Origin: an uncultured delta proteobacterium | GTDB lineage: Bacteria > Desulfobacterota > Syntrophia > Syntrophales > Smithellaceae | DNA length: 64,000 nt | NCBI GenBank assembly: GCA_963753975.1 | Contig: CAVWEH010000005.1 | Coordinates: 731,734 to 795,733, forward strand | Direction of reading: 5' to 3' | Shown here: piece by piece, positions 44,510 to 54,230 of the stretch | How the letters are laid out: every line of letters starts with the position of its first letter | How positions within the stretch are numbered: the first letter of the stretch is position 1 | The notes under the pieces: model-generated | Database searches by the model: none | Told to the model about the DNA's origin: nothing | The model's input: only the letters and a program-made list of their open reading frames with translations | Program-made: the position numbers and the translations under genes

Positions 44510-45532
44510 ATGACAATCACCGGGAAATACGACAAGATACTGCTGGAACACGGCAGTGGCGGGCTTCTAAGCAGTGAGTTGGTTGCCGGAAGTTTCCTGC
44601 CGCATTTTAATAATCCCTATCTGGAGCGCCTTGAAGACAGCGCTGTTCTCACTATCAGTAAGCAGAAACTCTGCTTTACTACTGATTCCTATGTCGTGAG
44701 CCCCATTTTTTTCCCCGGCGGCGATATCGGCTCTCTGGCCGTCCATGGAACCGTCAACGATCTTGCTGTGTGCGGTGGCAAGCCGCTGTTCATGAGCACA
44801 GGCTTTATTTTGGAAGAAGGTTTCCCTTTTGCCTTCCTCGAAAAAATTATTCAGTCCATGGCTGAGGCAGCACGAATGGCCGGTGTAAAGATAGTCACCG
44901 GTGATACGAAGGTTGTTCCCCGCGGTGCTGCTGACGGCATTTTTATTAATACATCCGGCATCGGCATCATCGAATATGAAGGAACTTTGTCTGTAAAAAG
45001 CATTGAGCTCGGCGATGCCATTATCCTTAACGGATCAATCGGCGACCATGGTGCCTCTATAATTAAAGCCAGAGATAATCTGGGATTGGAAGCGGAAGTT
45101 ATTTCCGATTCTGCGCCTCTTCACGGACTCATTGCGGAAATCTTGAAGGCAAGCCCGAACATCCACTGCATGCGTGACGCGACGAGAGGCGGGCTGGGTG
45201 CAATTTTGGCGGAAATTGCCAAGAGCGCCAATATCCAAATCAATATTGCCGAACAATTTATTCCTGTTCAGGATAATGTTCGGGGGATTTGCGAAATATT
45301 GGGACTCGATCCGCTTTTCCTGGCTAATGAAGGAAAAATGGTTTTATTCTGTCCGGCCGGCGATGCCAAGAAAGTCCTGAATACCATGAAAAAGCATGAA
45401 CTGGGCATCAATGCCGCAATTATCGGCAATGTTACCCAATGCGGCCAAGGGCGTGTTGTGCTCAAAACCTCCATCGGCGGGGAAAGAATTGTTGATTTGC
45501 CTACAGGAGAATTGGTTCCCAGGATATGTTGA
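44510..45532 (+). CDS. hypE: HypE
   Basis: HGSGG, TTDSYVV, GDTKVV, MRDATRGG, C-terminal PRIC. Confidence 0.95.
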   Translation: MTITGKYDKILLEHGSGGLLSSELVAGSFLPHFNNPYLERLEDSAVLTISKQKLCFTTDSYVVSPIFFPGGDIGSLAVHGTVNDLAVCGGKPLFMSTGFILEEGFPFAFLEKIIQSMAEAARMAGVKIVTGDTKVVPRGAADGIFINTSGIGIIEYEGTLSVKSIELGDAIILNGSIGDHGASIIKARDNLGLEAEVISDSAPLHGLIAEILKASPNIHCMRDATRGGLGAILAEIAKSANIQINIAEQFIPVQDNVRGICEILGLDPLFLANEGKMVLFCPAGDAKKVLNTMKKHELGINAAIIGNVTQCGQGRVVLKTSIGGERIVDLPTGELVPRIC

Positions 45533-45712
45533 CCTCTTTTCTGGTTCATCCGGTTCTTGCGTATTTTCTGATTTCAAAAAGGTAATATTTTTTCAGGCCG
45601 ATGCACTTGTTACACCTACAACTATTCAATGAGAGGCTGCTGTTAGAATTGAGGATTACGGATAGAAAGAGAGTTATGGCCAAAATCAGCGGCGGCTGTA
45701 GACCATCCGCCC

Positions 45713-46195
45713 TCATGCGATCGTTACGGTGCACTCAATCTTGTATGACATGAAGGTAACGCGGAAAGGCAAAACGAATCCGATTCCCTTGTATCAGATC
45801 TTCAGTTCAGTATGTTCTGCAATGATTCCTATATTTACGCAATGAACCCCAAGAAGTTTTGCTTTCGAAATCATGTGATTGACTAAAGTTTTGCCAAAAC
45901 CTTGATGCCGTTGGTCAGGAAGCACCGCGAGACGTTCAAGATAGCATACTCCCGGATTTGCCCTCTCGATCGCAACACACCCATAAACGAGTTTTCCCTT
46001 TTCAATAATGAAATAAGTGACCCCGCGATCCATGTCTTTCTTAATCCACTCCGCTGCGCAATTGGATGGATGGCTCGGGGCGTTCTCTTGGGTCAGGCCA
46101 AAGCGTTCTGCTATATCCTGGAATGATCTTCGGATAGTCTCAACTAAAACCCCGATATCTTCTTGTATACAAGCACGTATTTTCGGACTCATCAT
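45713..46195 (-). pseudogene. GNAT acetyltransferase with premature TGA (45794-45796)
   Basis: LERLAVLPDQRHQGFG; reading past TGA gives ELKI*YKGIGFVLPFRVTFMSY, the expected LKxWYxxxGF end motif. Confidence 0.7.
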
Positions 46196-46277
46196 AAAAA
46201 TGTTTTAACTGGACCGGCTCTTGCGGGCAGGTCAACGTATACTTTTATCTAATATTGAATCTAACCTTGAGTGGCTT

Positions 46278-46634
46278 TCATCTATTTCTTAGTAAAAAAC
46301 TTGGAAACGCTTCCTGAAGGGCGTTGCGGACGAGGAGGGAAGCTGGTTCGTTCCATCTTTCCGGGTGTTTTTCCAAGAACTTGGCGACAACGCGACACAA
46401 TTGGTCGGCTGTTACTCCGCTTGGCAAAGAATAGTCGGAAGCTGTAGCTTCTGCGACACCTTGAACATATCCCAGATAGTTTCCAGCCAACAAATAGTCG
46501 GCCTTTGTGTAATCTTTATCTGCTTTTATGTATACTCTCATTCCAACGGCAAGATCGTTCCCGCTCATGGCAAATGCAGAATGAAAGCTGAAAATAAGTA
46601 CAGCGAGCAACACTATTCCTAATAGTTTCTTCAT
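46278..46634 (-). CDS. Rap1a/Tai-like immunity protein (exported)
   Basis: Signal peptide; SGNDL..GYVQGVAE..LPSGVT..QL..VV.KFL..HPE....A..LV..AL..AFP. Confidence 0.75.
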   Translation of the reverse strand: MKKLLGIVLLAVLIFSFHSAFAMSGNDLAVGMRVYIKADKDYTKADYLLAGNYLGYVQGVAEATASDYSLPSGVTADQLCRVVAKFLEKHPERWNEPASLLVRNALQEAFPSFLLRNR

Positions 46635-46845
46635 AAGCGATCTCCTATTTCGGTCATTCTGTTCTCACAACAATTAATAGTAAAATAGACCGGTTCTCCC
46701 CATCTATACAGGTTGATGTTTGTTTTCTCAGCAGTCTGTCACAATACTTCAACTATTAACGCTCGTAATGTTGCATAATCTTCAGAATTCGTCAATTAAC
46801 GCATACAGGTCTTGGACTGTAAATCTGAGTTTAAACTTACATGGT

Positions 46846-47385
46846 TTATTTCACGATTTTGAATATATCCTTAGCTTGGGGATCGGCGGCAGTGCGCAAA
46901 AGTTCAAAGAGAACCATTTCCGTGCCGGCGAGGTGCGCACCGCCGCTTTTCATTGCCGACAAACCGATGTCACGATTTTCCTTCGTGCGCGAAGATATGG
47001 CGTCGGCAACCGGATGAACATTGTATCCGTTAGCAATGAGATCAAGAGCGCTTTGATAGATGCAAACGTGGCTTTCAATGCCCAAAAGAACTACATGCCT
47101 GCGGTTTAGCGCTTCGAGCTGTTCACGGAATTGGACATTTGCCCAACAACTGAAAGCTTCCTTAGCTATTGGTTTAATGGCATCCAGTTGGGCAGCAATC
47201 TGCGGTATTGTCTGCCCCAGCTTTTGCGGTGTTTGTTCGGTGAGGATAACGGGCAGGTTAAGAATCTTAAACCCTTTAATTAATTTTATGGCGTTAGCAA
47301 AAAGATTTTCCTTGTTGTACATGGCCTGGGCAAGATTACCCTGAATATCGATAATAATTAATACTGCATTGGTGCGGCTGAACAT
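46846..47385 (-). CDS. Isochorismatase-family hydrolase
   Basis: IIDIQG, TEQTPQKLG, GIESHVCIYQS. Confidence 0.9.
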   Translation of the reverse strand: MFSRTNAVLIIIDIQGNLAQAMYNKENLFANAIKLIKGFKILNLPVILTEQTPQKLGQTIPQIAAQLDAIKPIAKEAFSCWANVQFREQLEALNRRHVVLLGIESHVCIYQSALDLIANGYNVHPVADAISSRTKENRDIGLSAMKSGGAHLAGTEMVLFELLRTAADPQAKDIFKIVK

Positions 47386-47833
47386 GATTAGTTGCCTCCT
47401 TGTAATACCCTGATACAAAGTTGCGGGCAGACCGGAATGAAAAATTAAAATAGTCAAATTACTTTTTGTATTTCCTGCAAAACTTCTCAAACGTCAAGCA
47501 GCTTTTTTGCGATTTTATTTTTATAGCTTGATGCTCCTGAAAAAGCATTGTGCTGTTGACAATAATTAAAAAGGAACTAAATTATTAAAAATAAGGCGCT
47601 ATCTTTCAAATGCACTGCAAACTGGCGATAAAATTGAAACGAAGCCGGTTTTTTATCGCTTGCTTGAAGAGGTTATTGAAAAAAATAGATATTGATTTAA
47701 CATAATTAAGCATACTTTTTTCGTTTTGCTCTTTTTGGAAGTGAAGATGGGCAATTGGAGGCAATATGCTGTATTGTTTGGCATTAGCCGGCCAAAAATT
47801 GAAATAAGATTAAAATTAGAAAGGAGATCAAAA

Positions 47834-48259
47834 ATGAAACGTAAAGCTTCTGCAGTATGGAAAGGCGGGATAATGGATGGTCGCGGATTGTTAACGACGG
47901 ATAGCGGTGTCTTATCCAATACTCAATATTCATTTGCCACACGTTTTGAAAACGGTGTGGGTACCAATCCCGAAGAGTTGATTGCCGCAGCACATGCCGG
48001 ATGTTTTTCCATGGCGCTCTCCGGGCAGTTGGGAGCGGCAAAACTAACTGCCGAAACCATTAATACAACAGCGACTGTAACCATCGAAAAGCAGGGCGAG
48101 GGATTTGCCATCACCGCTGTTCATCTGGATGTTAAGGCAAAAATTCCCGGGGCATCCGTTGAAGCTTTCAATACGGCAGCCAAAAATGCCAAAGAAGGGT
48201 GCCCGGTATCCAAAGTGCTCAATGTCAAGATCACTATGAATGCCGTGCTTGTGTCCTGA
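47834..48259 (+). CDS. osmC: OsmC family peroxiredoxin
   Basis: [29 protein letters not shown]. Confidence 0.95.
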   Translation: MKRKASAVWKGGIMDGRGLLTTDSGVLSNTQYSFATRFENGVGTNPEELIAAAHAGCFSMALSGQLGAAKLTAETINTTATVTIEKQGEGFAITAVHLDVKAKIPGASVEAFNTAAKNAKEGCPVSKVLNVKITMNAVLVS

Positions 48260-48539
48260 CAGATTCGGTGTCAGGAACTATTACAACTTTTGTTTTTTTG
48301 GGCTTGGATAACTAATATAAAGTTCTTCATGAATTGAAAAAATTCTCTGATAAATAATTTGCCTTTGTCAATTGTCTATTTATGCTCGTGTTGAAATACA
48401 TGCGAGCTTTTTATGCCAAAATCTTCCTAGAATCAATGTTGCCGAAAAAATGTGGACGAATTTAAAAATGTAAATATCACGAAAGCGACCAGGAATAGAT
48501 ACTTGGGCCACCACCTCTTATTTGGGGAAACGTCAAGAA

Positions 48540-49403
48540 TTATTTTTGTTGAATGAAAAAATCTTCCATCAGTTTATTAACTTTAACGGCTTCTTCATGT
48601 TGAAGCCAATGGGTGGCTTCGGGGAACTTGATAAGCTTGCCCTGCTTACAGTAGGCCATGCTGTCATCGGCCATCTCGGACATGAGCGCGATATCTTTCA
48701 TCCCCCATAGAAGAAGCAAAGGCATCGTCACATCGAAACTGGCCGGTGGTTCTTGCTGCGTTTGGATCATTGCCCGATACCAGTTGACCATAGCAGGAAA
48801 GGCTCCCGGCTGCATAAATGCCTCCCGGTATTTTCCCAGTTCATCCAGCGTAAACGCCCCCGGCCGGCTGGTTTTGGCCAGTAGTTTGACCGGCCATTCA
48901 TAATTATTGGCAGAGGCAAACTTCTCCACGGCACCGGGCAGTTGAAAGTAAAATATGTACCAGCTTTTCTCCATCTGTTTGGGATTCGTAAACAGATTCT
49001 TAGCCATGATCTTGGGATGGGGCACGTTCATGATGACGAGACGTTGTAACCGTTGGGAATACTTAAGCGCTGTCCACCAGGAAACAGACGCGCCCCAGTC
49101 ATGACCGACAAGAAAAATCCGATCTCGCCCATAGGCGTCGATAAGGCCTACGGCGTCTTTGGCGAGCTCATCTATTTTGTATGAAGGAATTCCCTGAGGC
49201 TTGTCACTTAGGTTATAACCGCGCTGGTCGGGAACGACGACGAGATATCCTCTTTGAGCAAAATGCTCGATTTGCTTACGCCAGGCATACCAAAATTCGG
49301 GAAAGCCATGCAGAAACAAAATCATCGGACCATCTTTGGGCCCTGCTTCCATCACGTGAAGATTTATTCCATTGGTTTTAATATAGCATTCACGTAAATC
49401 CAT
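48540..49403 (-). CDS. Epoxide-hydrolase-like alpha/beta hydrolase
   Basis: HGFPEFWYAW, GHDWGA, SWYIFYFQ, NWYRA, ATHWLQHE. Confidence 0.9.
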   Translation of the reverse strand: MDLRECYIKTNGINLHVMEAGPKDGPMILFLHGFPEFWYAWRKQIEHFAQRGYLVVVPDQRGYNLSDKPQGIPSYKIDELAKDAVGLIDAYGRDRIFLVGHDWGASVSWWTALKYSQRLQRLVIMNVPHPKIMAKNLFTNPKQMEKSWYIFYFQLPGAVEKFASANNYEWPVKLLAKTSRPGAFTLDELGKYREAFMQPGAFPAMVNWYRAMIQTQQEPPASFDVTMPLLLLWGMKDIALMSEMADDSMAYCKQGKLIKFPEATHWLQHEEAVKVNKLMEDFFIQQK

Positions 49404-49425
49404 AAACTTTCCCTTCCTTTATTTG

Positions 49426-49550
49426 TTACGGTTTCAAATCACAGATGATACCAAGGCGGCAAGGAAGAGGCGACGGAGGCATACATGAAAAGTATGTTGA
49501 GGAGCCGATGACGATGCCAACGCAGGTAGCGCTGCGATATGTAACCGTAA
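49426..49550. mobile_element. MITE-like 125 bp imperfect palindrome
   Basis: 19-bp terminal inverted repeats (16/19): TTACGGTTTCAAATCACAG / CTGCGATATGTAACCGTAA; central GGCATAC-7nt-GTATGTT. Confidence 0.55.
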
Positions 49551-51509
49551 TTAGATATCCCAGGCGGCTTTCGCTCCTTCCGTAGTAGCCTCGATAATCC
49601 GGCGGGGCGCACTGGCGTCACCGATAATGAAGTGACGAATTCCTTTTTTCGCCAGCATTTCTTTCAGCTCATTTCGGGGCGTGACGCCGATGGCCACGAT
49701 GACCTGGTTTACAGGTTCGATATTTTTGTCTTTACCGCCCGTAGTTACAGTCACCGAGCCTTCTTTGATTAATTTCACTGTTGTATCGAACATAAGTTTA
49801 ACTCCCGCAGCCCGAAGGCGTTTATGAAGCATAAAGCCGTGCGCGGCCAGCGGCAAAACCGGGGAGCTACCTAGCATTTCTACTAAGGTGATATCCTTGA
49901 TGCCCTTTTCGCGCAGAAAATCGGCTGTTTCCATGCCCACAAGACCGCCGCCGATAACCACAACATGATCCCTGGGAGTGACTTCTCCATCCAAAATCTG
50001 CCACGCGTCGCAAACAACGGAGGAGGTAATGCCCTCGGCCGGGCAGGTGGATTTTTCCGCGCCGGTGGCCAGGATAACGACATCGGGTTTTCCCTTTCCA
50101 ATCATGCTCTCTGTAACTTCGGTGCCGGTTTTTATCTCCACACCTTGTTTCACGCACTTGGCCGTAAGTGTTTTAATGTATCTGGCATAAACCTCTTTGT
50201 GCGGTGCTTTCGCGGCATAAAGAACATTTCCACCTGTCTGCTTTTCCTGCTCAAACAACGTAACGTGATGTCCAAGACGCGCCGCCTCAAAAGCGGCAGT
50301 TAAACCGCCCGGACCGCCGCCAACGACCCATACTTTACGGCTGACTTTGGCGGGTTTTTCCGGATAGAGCAGTTCCTGACCAGTTTGCGGGTTAATCGCG
50401 CATCTGATTGGCAACTGTTCCAGTGAAAGACGCTCGATGCAGCCTTGGTTGCAGGCCAGACATTCCAGAGTATCTTCGGGATGTCCGGCGATGGCATTTT
50501 TCAGGAAATCGGGATCGGCAAGATGCTGGCGGGCAACGGCAATTAGGTCGGCATCTCCCCGGGCAATTACGTCGTCCATAACGTAAGGATCAGTGTAGCG
50601 GCCGACACTGATGACTGGAACATTGGTTACTTCTTTAATCTTGCGGGCAAGAAAGGCCTTAAACCCCTGTTCGAACTCAACTGGGGCACTGGGATTGGGC
50701 GTGTCGATGTTCACCGCGGGACTGCCGTGAGTGCCGAAAGATACGTTAATCATATCGGCGCCGGCGTTAACCAAATCCGGAATAATGGTCTGCATATCGG
50801 AAATGGTATAGCCGTTTTTGATGCACTCTTCGCCTGAAACTCTGATGGATAATGGGAAGTCTTTCCCGACTTTCTTGCGCACTTCCTGCAGACACTCAAT
50901 CATAAACCGCGAACGCGCCCGGAAATCTCCGCCGTATTTATCCGTGCGTTGATTGGAGTGGGCGGAAAGAAACTGCATGAGAAGATAACCGTGGGCTCCG
51001 TGAAGTTCCACGGCATCGAATCCAGCGGTGCGCGCACGTACAGCCGCGGCGCCGAAAGCGGCAATCGTTTCCTGAATGTCATCCAGGGCCATCTCCAGCG
51101 GCGCTCCGAGAAAGCCGAAAATATAGCTCGGAATAGCCGAAGGCCCGATAGCTTTTTTCTTGCGGAGAAGCAGGTAATTTTCGCGGCCGGTATGGTGAAG
51201 CTGCATGGCGATTTTTCCGCCCTGAGCATGGACAACACCGGCCAGCCTACTTAAGCCCGGAATGAATTTATCATCCCAGACTGCAATGCACCGCGGCGAA
51301 GCGGAGCCTAAAGGGTGCACTTCCGTTATTTCCGTGATAATAAGACCGGCGCCGCCTTGAGCCCGGCGCTTCATATAGGCCAGGTTTGCTTCGCTCACAG
51401 TGCTGTCGCTATTACCAAGAGCTGTTCCCATCGGCGACATGATTACGCGATTGGAAATTTCCAAATTTTTAATACGAATGGGGTTGAGCAGATTTTGTAA
51501 AGTTTTCAT
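49551..51509 (-). CDS. NADH:flavin oxidoreductase (OYE; 2,4-dienoyl-CoA/enoate reductase-like, Fe-S)
   Basis: ELHGAHGYL, CLACNQGC..CAINP, VVGGGPGG, IGGGLVG. Confidence 0.92.
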   Translation of the reverse strand: MKTLQNLLNPIRIKNLEISNRVIMSPMGTALGNSDSTVSEANLAYMKRRAQGGAGLIITEITEVHPLGSASPRCIAVWDDKFIPGLSRLAGVVHAQGGKIAMQLHHTGRENYLLLRKKKAIGPSAIPSYIFGFLGAPLEMALDDIQETIAAFGAAAVRARTAGFDAVELHGAHGYLLMQFLSAHSNQRTDKYGGDFRARSRFMIECLQEVRKKVGKDFPLSIRVSGEECIKNGYTISDMQTIIPDLVNAGADMINVSFGTHGSPAVNIDTPNPSAPVEFEQGFKAFLARKIKEVTNVPVISVGRYTDPYVMDDVIARGDADLIAVARQHLADPDFLKNAIAGHPEDTLECLACNQGCIERLSLEQLPIRCAINPQTGQELLYPEKPAKVSRKVWVVGGGPGGLTAAFEAARLGHHVTLFEQEKQTGGNVLYAAKAPHKEVYARYIKTLTAKCVKQGVEIKTGTEVTESMIGKGKPDVVILATGAEKSTCPAEGITSSVVCDAWQILDGEVTPRDHVVVIGGGLVGMETADFLREKGIKDITLVEMLGSSPVLPLAAHGFMLHKRLRAAGVKLMFDTTVKLIKEGSVTVTTGGKDKNIEPVNQVIVAIGVTPRNELKEMLAKKGIRHFIIGDASAPRRIIEATTEGAKAAWDI

Positions 51510-51636
51510 GGTTTACCTCCTGGGATGAAATAATCGGATATAATATGCCACGGTGGCAAACCGGCCTTTGCCGTCGCCCGCACGCGGACGACGGCATGCC
51601 GTATATTTTAGGTAATCAGGAAAAACGGTACTATTC

Positions 51637-52440
51637 TTACGTGGATAGATGCGTGCCCAATAAAAGACCGCCATCAATGACTATTTCTGTGCCGGTTGTA
51701 TAACTGGAGGCATTCGAAGCCAGGTAAATAGCGGCACCGGCAATTTCATCAGGTTCGCCAATGCGGCAGGTCGGCAGCATTTTGCACATTTCATCTCTCT
51801 GTCTCTTTGCTTCTTCCGGTGAAAGATGTCCCCAGTGCGAATTCATCATCTTGGTGCTGATGGGACCGGGAGCAATTGCGTTGACTTGAATGTTATCCCT
51901 GGCTAGCTCCATGGCAAAGGCCCTGGTAATCATACGTACACCGGCTTTGGAAATGGAATAGACACTTACGCCCGGCTCAGGATTGAAGCCGTCAATAGAA
52001 GCGATGTTGATTATTTTTCCGCCGCCTTGTTTCTTCATAACTTTGGCCACAGCCTGGCTCATGAAGTAAACGCCCTTGAGATTGAGATTCATGATCGTAT
52101 CCCAAAGACGCTCATCAGATTCCAGCACCGACCCCATCGCGGGACTGGCACCGGCGTTGTTGACCAGGATATCAATCCTTTTGTATTTATCCACCACGGT
52201 GTCGACCGTTTTCTGAATGCCTTCAAATTTACCTAAGTGCGATTGCAGAGGAAAAGCCTCGCCGCTGAAGGCTTTGATCTTGGCCGCTGTCGCTTCCAAA
52301 TCTTCCATCTTACGGCTGGTGATGATGACTTTAGCCCCGGCCTTGGCAAAACCAAAGGCTACAGCTTGACCGATACCCCGGCCACCGCCGGTAACAAGGG
52401 CTATTTTGCCTTTCAATGAAAATTGGTTTAGATCGAACAT
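51637..52440 (-). CDS. Short-chain dehydrogenase/reductase
   Basis: TGGGRGIG, NNAG, YSISK. Confidence 0.92.
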   Translation of the reverse strand: MFDLNQFSLKGKIALVTGGGRGIGQAVAFGFAKAGAKVIITSRKMEDLEATAAKIKAFSGEAFPLQSHLGKFEGIQKTVDTVVDKYKRIDILVNNAGASPAMGSVLESDERLWDTIMNLNLKGVYFMSQAVAKVMKKQGGGKIINIASIDGFNPEPGVSVYSISKAGVRMITRAFAMELARDNIQVNAIAPGPISTKMMNSHWGHLSPEEAKRQRDEMCKMLPTCRIGEPDEIAGAAIYLASNASSYTTGTEIVIDGGLLLGTHLST

Positions 52441-52556
52441 AATTTAATTCTCCTTAAGACGTGTGGGATATAGAACCATTGCCCGCCCTGCCCCCTTAAA
52501 TAGAGGCGCAGGGTGAGAATAATTTTATTTTTGACTGTCTTTGTTACTTGCTAGTT

Positions 52557-54062
52557 TTACTTTTTCGCTTTGGCCTTCTTGCTTAAGGCTTCGCGATCAC
52601 CGCCGCTCATGCCGGCAATATATTTCACCAGCTTCTTCCGGGACTCGATGTCATACTGAGTCGTGATGGCGATCTGCTCCATGATCGGCGAACCGCCGCC
52701 GTGGTAGCTACCAATGTTGTGAATACCGGCCGTTGCCGAACACATGGTATCACCCAAGAATCTCCAGAACTGAGCCTGATCTTCCGATGACATATTCGGA
52801 TTACGCTTTGTGTATTTCAAAAGCGCCTCGCCCGTTGCCGGATTGATAAAATCCTTCTCATGCGGGAATGTCGCCACAACGCCGCCCGCGATATCGCAAA
52901 GGATCTCCGCTTCGCGCCAGACTGCTTCGCCGGATAAACAGCGCCCGACGTTGCAGTAAATCGAATTGGGAATGAAGGAACCGGGTCCATAAGGCATGAA
53001 ACCGACGCCGGGAATATAGACTTCGGGTTTGCCCAAATCGGAAGCGGTATATCCCGCGGCATAACCAAGTTCGGTGGTCATGATCAGTTCCGCCAGCTTT
53101 TCCCGGACATGAGACTGCTTGTGAATATTGTTCACTTCGGCACCTAGAGCAGCCATTCCCATGATAACGTCGCCAATGGCCGGTTTGCAGCCGGAATAAG
53201 AATGGCGATGGAACAGGGCGAAAAGGAGAGCACATACGCCGCCGTGCTGATATTCCCCGGCCAGAAATACTCTTTCCCACGGTACAAAGCAGTTATCGAA
53301 AATCATGTAAGAATCGGTCGCGCCCGGAACAAATCCGCGTTTGTAATGATCACGGGGACGAAGGTTATGAATGGTAACAACCTGCTTCAAACCTTCCCAG
53401 TCGCCCGGAACGGCAAAAGCTACGGCGTAATCCTTGTCCTCCGGACGCAGGGCGCGGGTGGGCAGTACCAGAACTTCGTCGGCTACGGAAGCCTCGGAAA
53501 TGTGCACCTTACAGCCTTCCACGATTATGCCGTCCTTTGTTCTTTCCTTAATGCGCACATACGCACCGGGATTCGGCTGGTCGGCCGGTCGCAGCATGCG
53601 GTCGCCCTTCACATCCGTCTGAGCACAGCAGCCGACAAGGTCTTCTTTTTGGAAACGGGTCAGCCACTTCTTGAAGTTTTCATGGTAATTGGTCTCCCCT
53701 TTTTTCACCTTGTCCGCCTCAAAAGAGACGTTATAGATAGCATTCGAGCCATCGATACCCATGCAACGCTGGATACAACCGCCAACTTTCTGGCACAGCA
53801 TGCGGGTCATATCCTGCTTTCTGTGCAGGTCTTCCTTGTTCTGGTGGATGTGGGTGAAACGGTTGATCTTTTCTCCGGTGAGATGGGAAGTAGCCGTGCA
53901 CAACTCCTGATTCTCCGGTTTGGCCGCCTCATCATACGTTGTACCGATGGTATTGAGGCAATCCATTTGCAGTTCGTCTGTCCTGTCGATCAGTTGTCCA
54001 TCGTAGTAAAGATTCCGCTTCATCTTGGACAGACCTTTGATATAATCTTTCTTGGTTCTCAT
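52557..54062 (-). CDS. Divergent 4-hydroxybutyryl-CoA dehydratase (AbfD) family Fe-S flavoprotein, paralog 4
   Basis: GCIQRCMGID, TDVKGDR, HRHSYSGCK, HGGGSP. Confidence 0.88.
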   Translation of the reverse strand: MRTKKDYIKGLSKMKRNLYYDGQLIDRTDELQMDCLNTIGTTYDEAAKPENQELCTATSHLTGEKINRFTHIHQNKEDLHRKQDMTRMLCQKVGGCIQRCMGIDGSNAIYNVSFEADKVKKGETNYHENFKKWLTRFQKEDLVGCCAQTDVKGDRMLRPADQPNPGAYVRIKERTKDGIIVEGCKVHISEASVADEVLVLPTRALRPEDKDYAVAFAVPGDWEGLKQVVTIHNLRPRDHYKRGFVPGATDSYMIFDNCFVPWERVFLAGEYQHGGVCALLFALFHRHSYSGCKPAIGDVIMGMAALGAEVNNIHKQSHVREKLAELIMTTELGYAAGYTASDLGKPEVYIPGVGFMPYGPGSFIPNSIYCNVGRCLSGEAVWREAEILCDIAGGVVATFPHEKDFINPATGEALLKYTKRNPNMSSEDQAQFWRFLGDTMCSATAGIHNIGSYHGGGSPIMEQIAITTQYDIESRKKLVKYIAGMSGGDREALSKKAKAKK

Positions 54063-54230
54063 GGTGATAATCCTTTCTTATTTAATTTTCTATTTATCGT
54101 TTTTCTCACCCGAGGGGATTCTTAGTCCCTCGGATATTCTCAACATATCTTTCTTTTGAAGAATCCCTGCCGGGGTAAGGGCCTCTTCCGGTTTCAAGTG
54201 CCGGAGCAGATCGGACTCTTCCTTGCCGAT

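Noticed and set aside
45794..45796. In-frame TGA in the GNAT gene as selenocysteine or recoding
   Set aside because: It falls at a Trp position of the LKxWY motif (TGG>TGA) and the following segment looks shortened; a nonsense mutation is simpler.
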